Shown one piece after another: positions 62,101 through 64,000 of a stretch of 64,000 nt of DNA. Position 1 is the stretch's first letter, and each line of letters opens with the position of its first letter. Made by a program: the position numbers and the translations under genes. The notes under the pieces were generated by a model. That model was not told the origin of the DNA. It made no database searches and saw only the letters and a list, made by a program, of their open reading frames with translations. The stretch lies in contig JAUCBJ010008087.1 in assembly GCA_032718475.1 (NCBI GenBank), forward strand, positions 1 to 64,000. Direction: 5' to 3'. Source of the stretch: Nemertoderma westbladi. Lineage: Eukaryota > Animalia > Xenacoelomorpha.

Positions 62101-64000
62101 ACAGTATGATATGTCCAACCTTACAGTACGATAGATCCAACCTTACAGTGCGATAGATCCAACCTTACAGTACGATCGGTCCAATCTTACAGTACGATAG
62201 ATCCAACCTTACAGTATGATAGGTCCAACCTTACAGTGCAATAGGCCCAACCTTACAGTACGATAGATCCAACCTTACAGTACGATAGATCCAACCTTAC
62301 AGTACGATAGAGCCAACCTTACAGTACAATAGGTCCAATCTTACAGTACGATAGATCCAATCTTACAGTACAATAGATCCAACCTTACAGTACGATAGAT
62401 CCAACTTTACAGTACGATAGATCCAACCTTACAGTATGATAGATCCAACCTTACAGTATGGTACATCCAACCTTACAGTACGATAGATCCAACCTTACAG
62501 TACGATAGGTCCAATCTTACAGTACGATAGGTCCAACCTTACAGTACAGTACGATAGATCTAACCTTACAGTACGGTACGTCCAACCTTACAGTACGATA
62601 GGTCCAACCTTACAGTACAGTACGATAGATCCAACCTTACAGTACGATAGATCCAACCTTACAGTACGATAGATCCAACCTTACAGTACGATAGATCCAA
62701 CCTTACAGTACGGTACATCCAACCTTACAGTATGGTACATCCAATCTTACAGTACGATAGATCCAACCTTACAGTACGATAGATCCAACCTTACAGTACG
62801 ATATGTCCAACCTTACAGTACGATAGATCCAACCTTACAGTACGATAGATCCAACCTTACAGTACAGTATGATAGATCCAACCTTACAGTGCGATAGATC
62901 CAACCTTACAGTGCGATAGATCCAACCTTACAGTGCGATAGATCCAACCTTACAGTACAATATGTCCAACCTTACAGTACGATAGATCCAACCTTACAGT
63001 GCGATAGATCCAACCTTACAGTACGATATATCCAACCTTACAGTACGATAGATCCAACCTTACAGTACAGTACGATAGATCCAACCTTACAGTGCGATAG
63101 ATCCAACCTTACAGTGCGATAGATCCAACCTTACAGTGCGATAGATCCAACCTTACAGTATGATATGTCCAACCTTACAGTACGATAGATCCAACCTTAC
63201 AGTGCGATAGATCCAACCTTACAGTACGATCGGTCCAATCTTACAGTACGATAGATCCAACCTTACAGTATGATAGGTCCAACCTTACAGTGCAATAGAC
63301 CCAACCTTACAGTACGATAGATCCAACCTTACAGTACGATAGATCCAACCTTACAGTACGATAGATCCAACCTTACAGTACAATAGGTCCAATCTTACAG
63401 TACGATAGATCCAATCTTACAGTACAATAGATCCAACCTTACAGTACGATAGATCCAACTTTACAGTACGATAGATCCAACCTTACAGTACGATAGATCC
63501 AACCTTACAGTATGGTACATCCAACCTTACAGTACGATAGATCCAACCTTACAGTACGATAGGTCCAATCTTACAGTACGATAGGTCCAACCTTACAGTA
63601 CAGTACGATAGATCTAACCTTACAGTACGGTACGTCCAACCTTACAGTACGATAGGTCCAACCTTACAGTACAGTACGATAGATCCAACCTTACAGTACG
63701 ATAGATCCAACCTTACAGTACGATAGATCCAACCTTACAGTACGATAGATCCAACCTTACAGTACGGTACATCCAACCTTACAGTATGGTACATCCAATC
63801 TTACAGTACGATAGATCCAACTTTACAGTACGATAGATCCAACCTTACAGTACGATATGTCCAACCTTACAGTACGATAGATCCAACCTTACAGTACGAT
63901 AGATCCAACCTTACAGTACAGTATGATAGATCCAACCTTACAGTGCGATAGATCCAACCTTACAGTGCGATAGATCCAACCTTACAGTGCGATAGATCCA
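53172..64000. repeat. 22-bp satellite (CCAACCTTACAGTACGATAGAT)n with 27/28-bp variants, >10.8 kb, running off the window end
   Basis: Directly visible tandem array with higher-order duplicated blocks. Confidence 0.98.

Noticed and set aside
53172-64000. CRISPR-like array or repeat-protein ORFs (55618-58328)
   Set aside because: There are no unique spacers or cas genes, and the context is eukaryotic. The ORFs are translations of the satellite.

Overview
Repeat-rich eukaryotic DNA, most likely from an invertebrate animal. From left to right it holds: a degenerate RTE LINE; 15-bp and 19-bp satellites; a young 18-kb BEL/Pao LTR retrotransposon (three LTRs, extra 3' ORFs) nested in a probable solo LTR; two tandem Cys-rich secreted-protein genes, one with a nonsense codon; a Mutator (MULE) element with an intact transposase, a 10-bp TSD and an interrupted right TIR; an intronless DUF1295 gene; several MITEs, SINEs and LINE fragments; and the first exons of a MOSPD1-like gene running into a >10-kb 22-bp satellite. 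Five observations stand out. (1) A tRNA-like Pol III unit has its anticodon arm replaced by a complete minimal hammerhead ribozyme and is wrapped in a 35-bp inverted repeat. (2) The BEL/Pao element has no tRNA primer site, but an 11-nt sequence complementary to its own LTR sits in that position, as in Tf1-type self-priming. (3) That element carries a hidden triple zinc-knuckle accessory ORF and a basic, apparently spliced ORF. (4) The 22-bp satellite unit is an amplified exon/splice-donor junction. (5) An orphan exon encodes a furin-site propeptide. All calls were made by eye; no searches were run.
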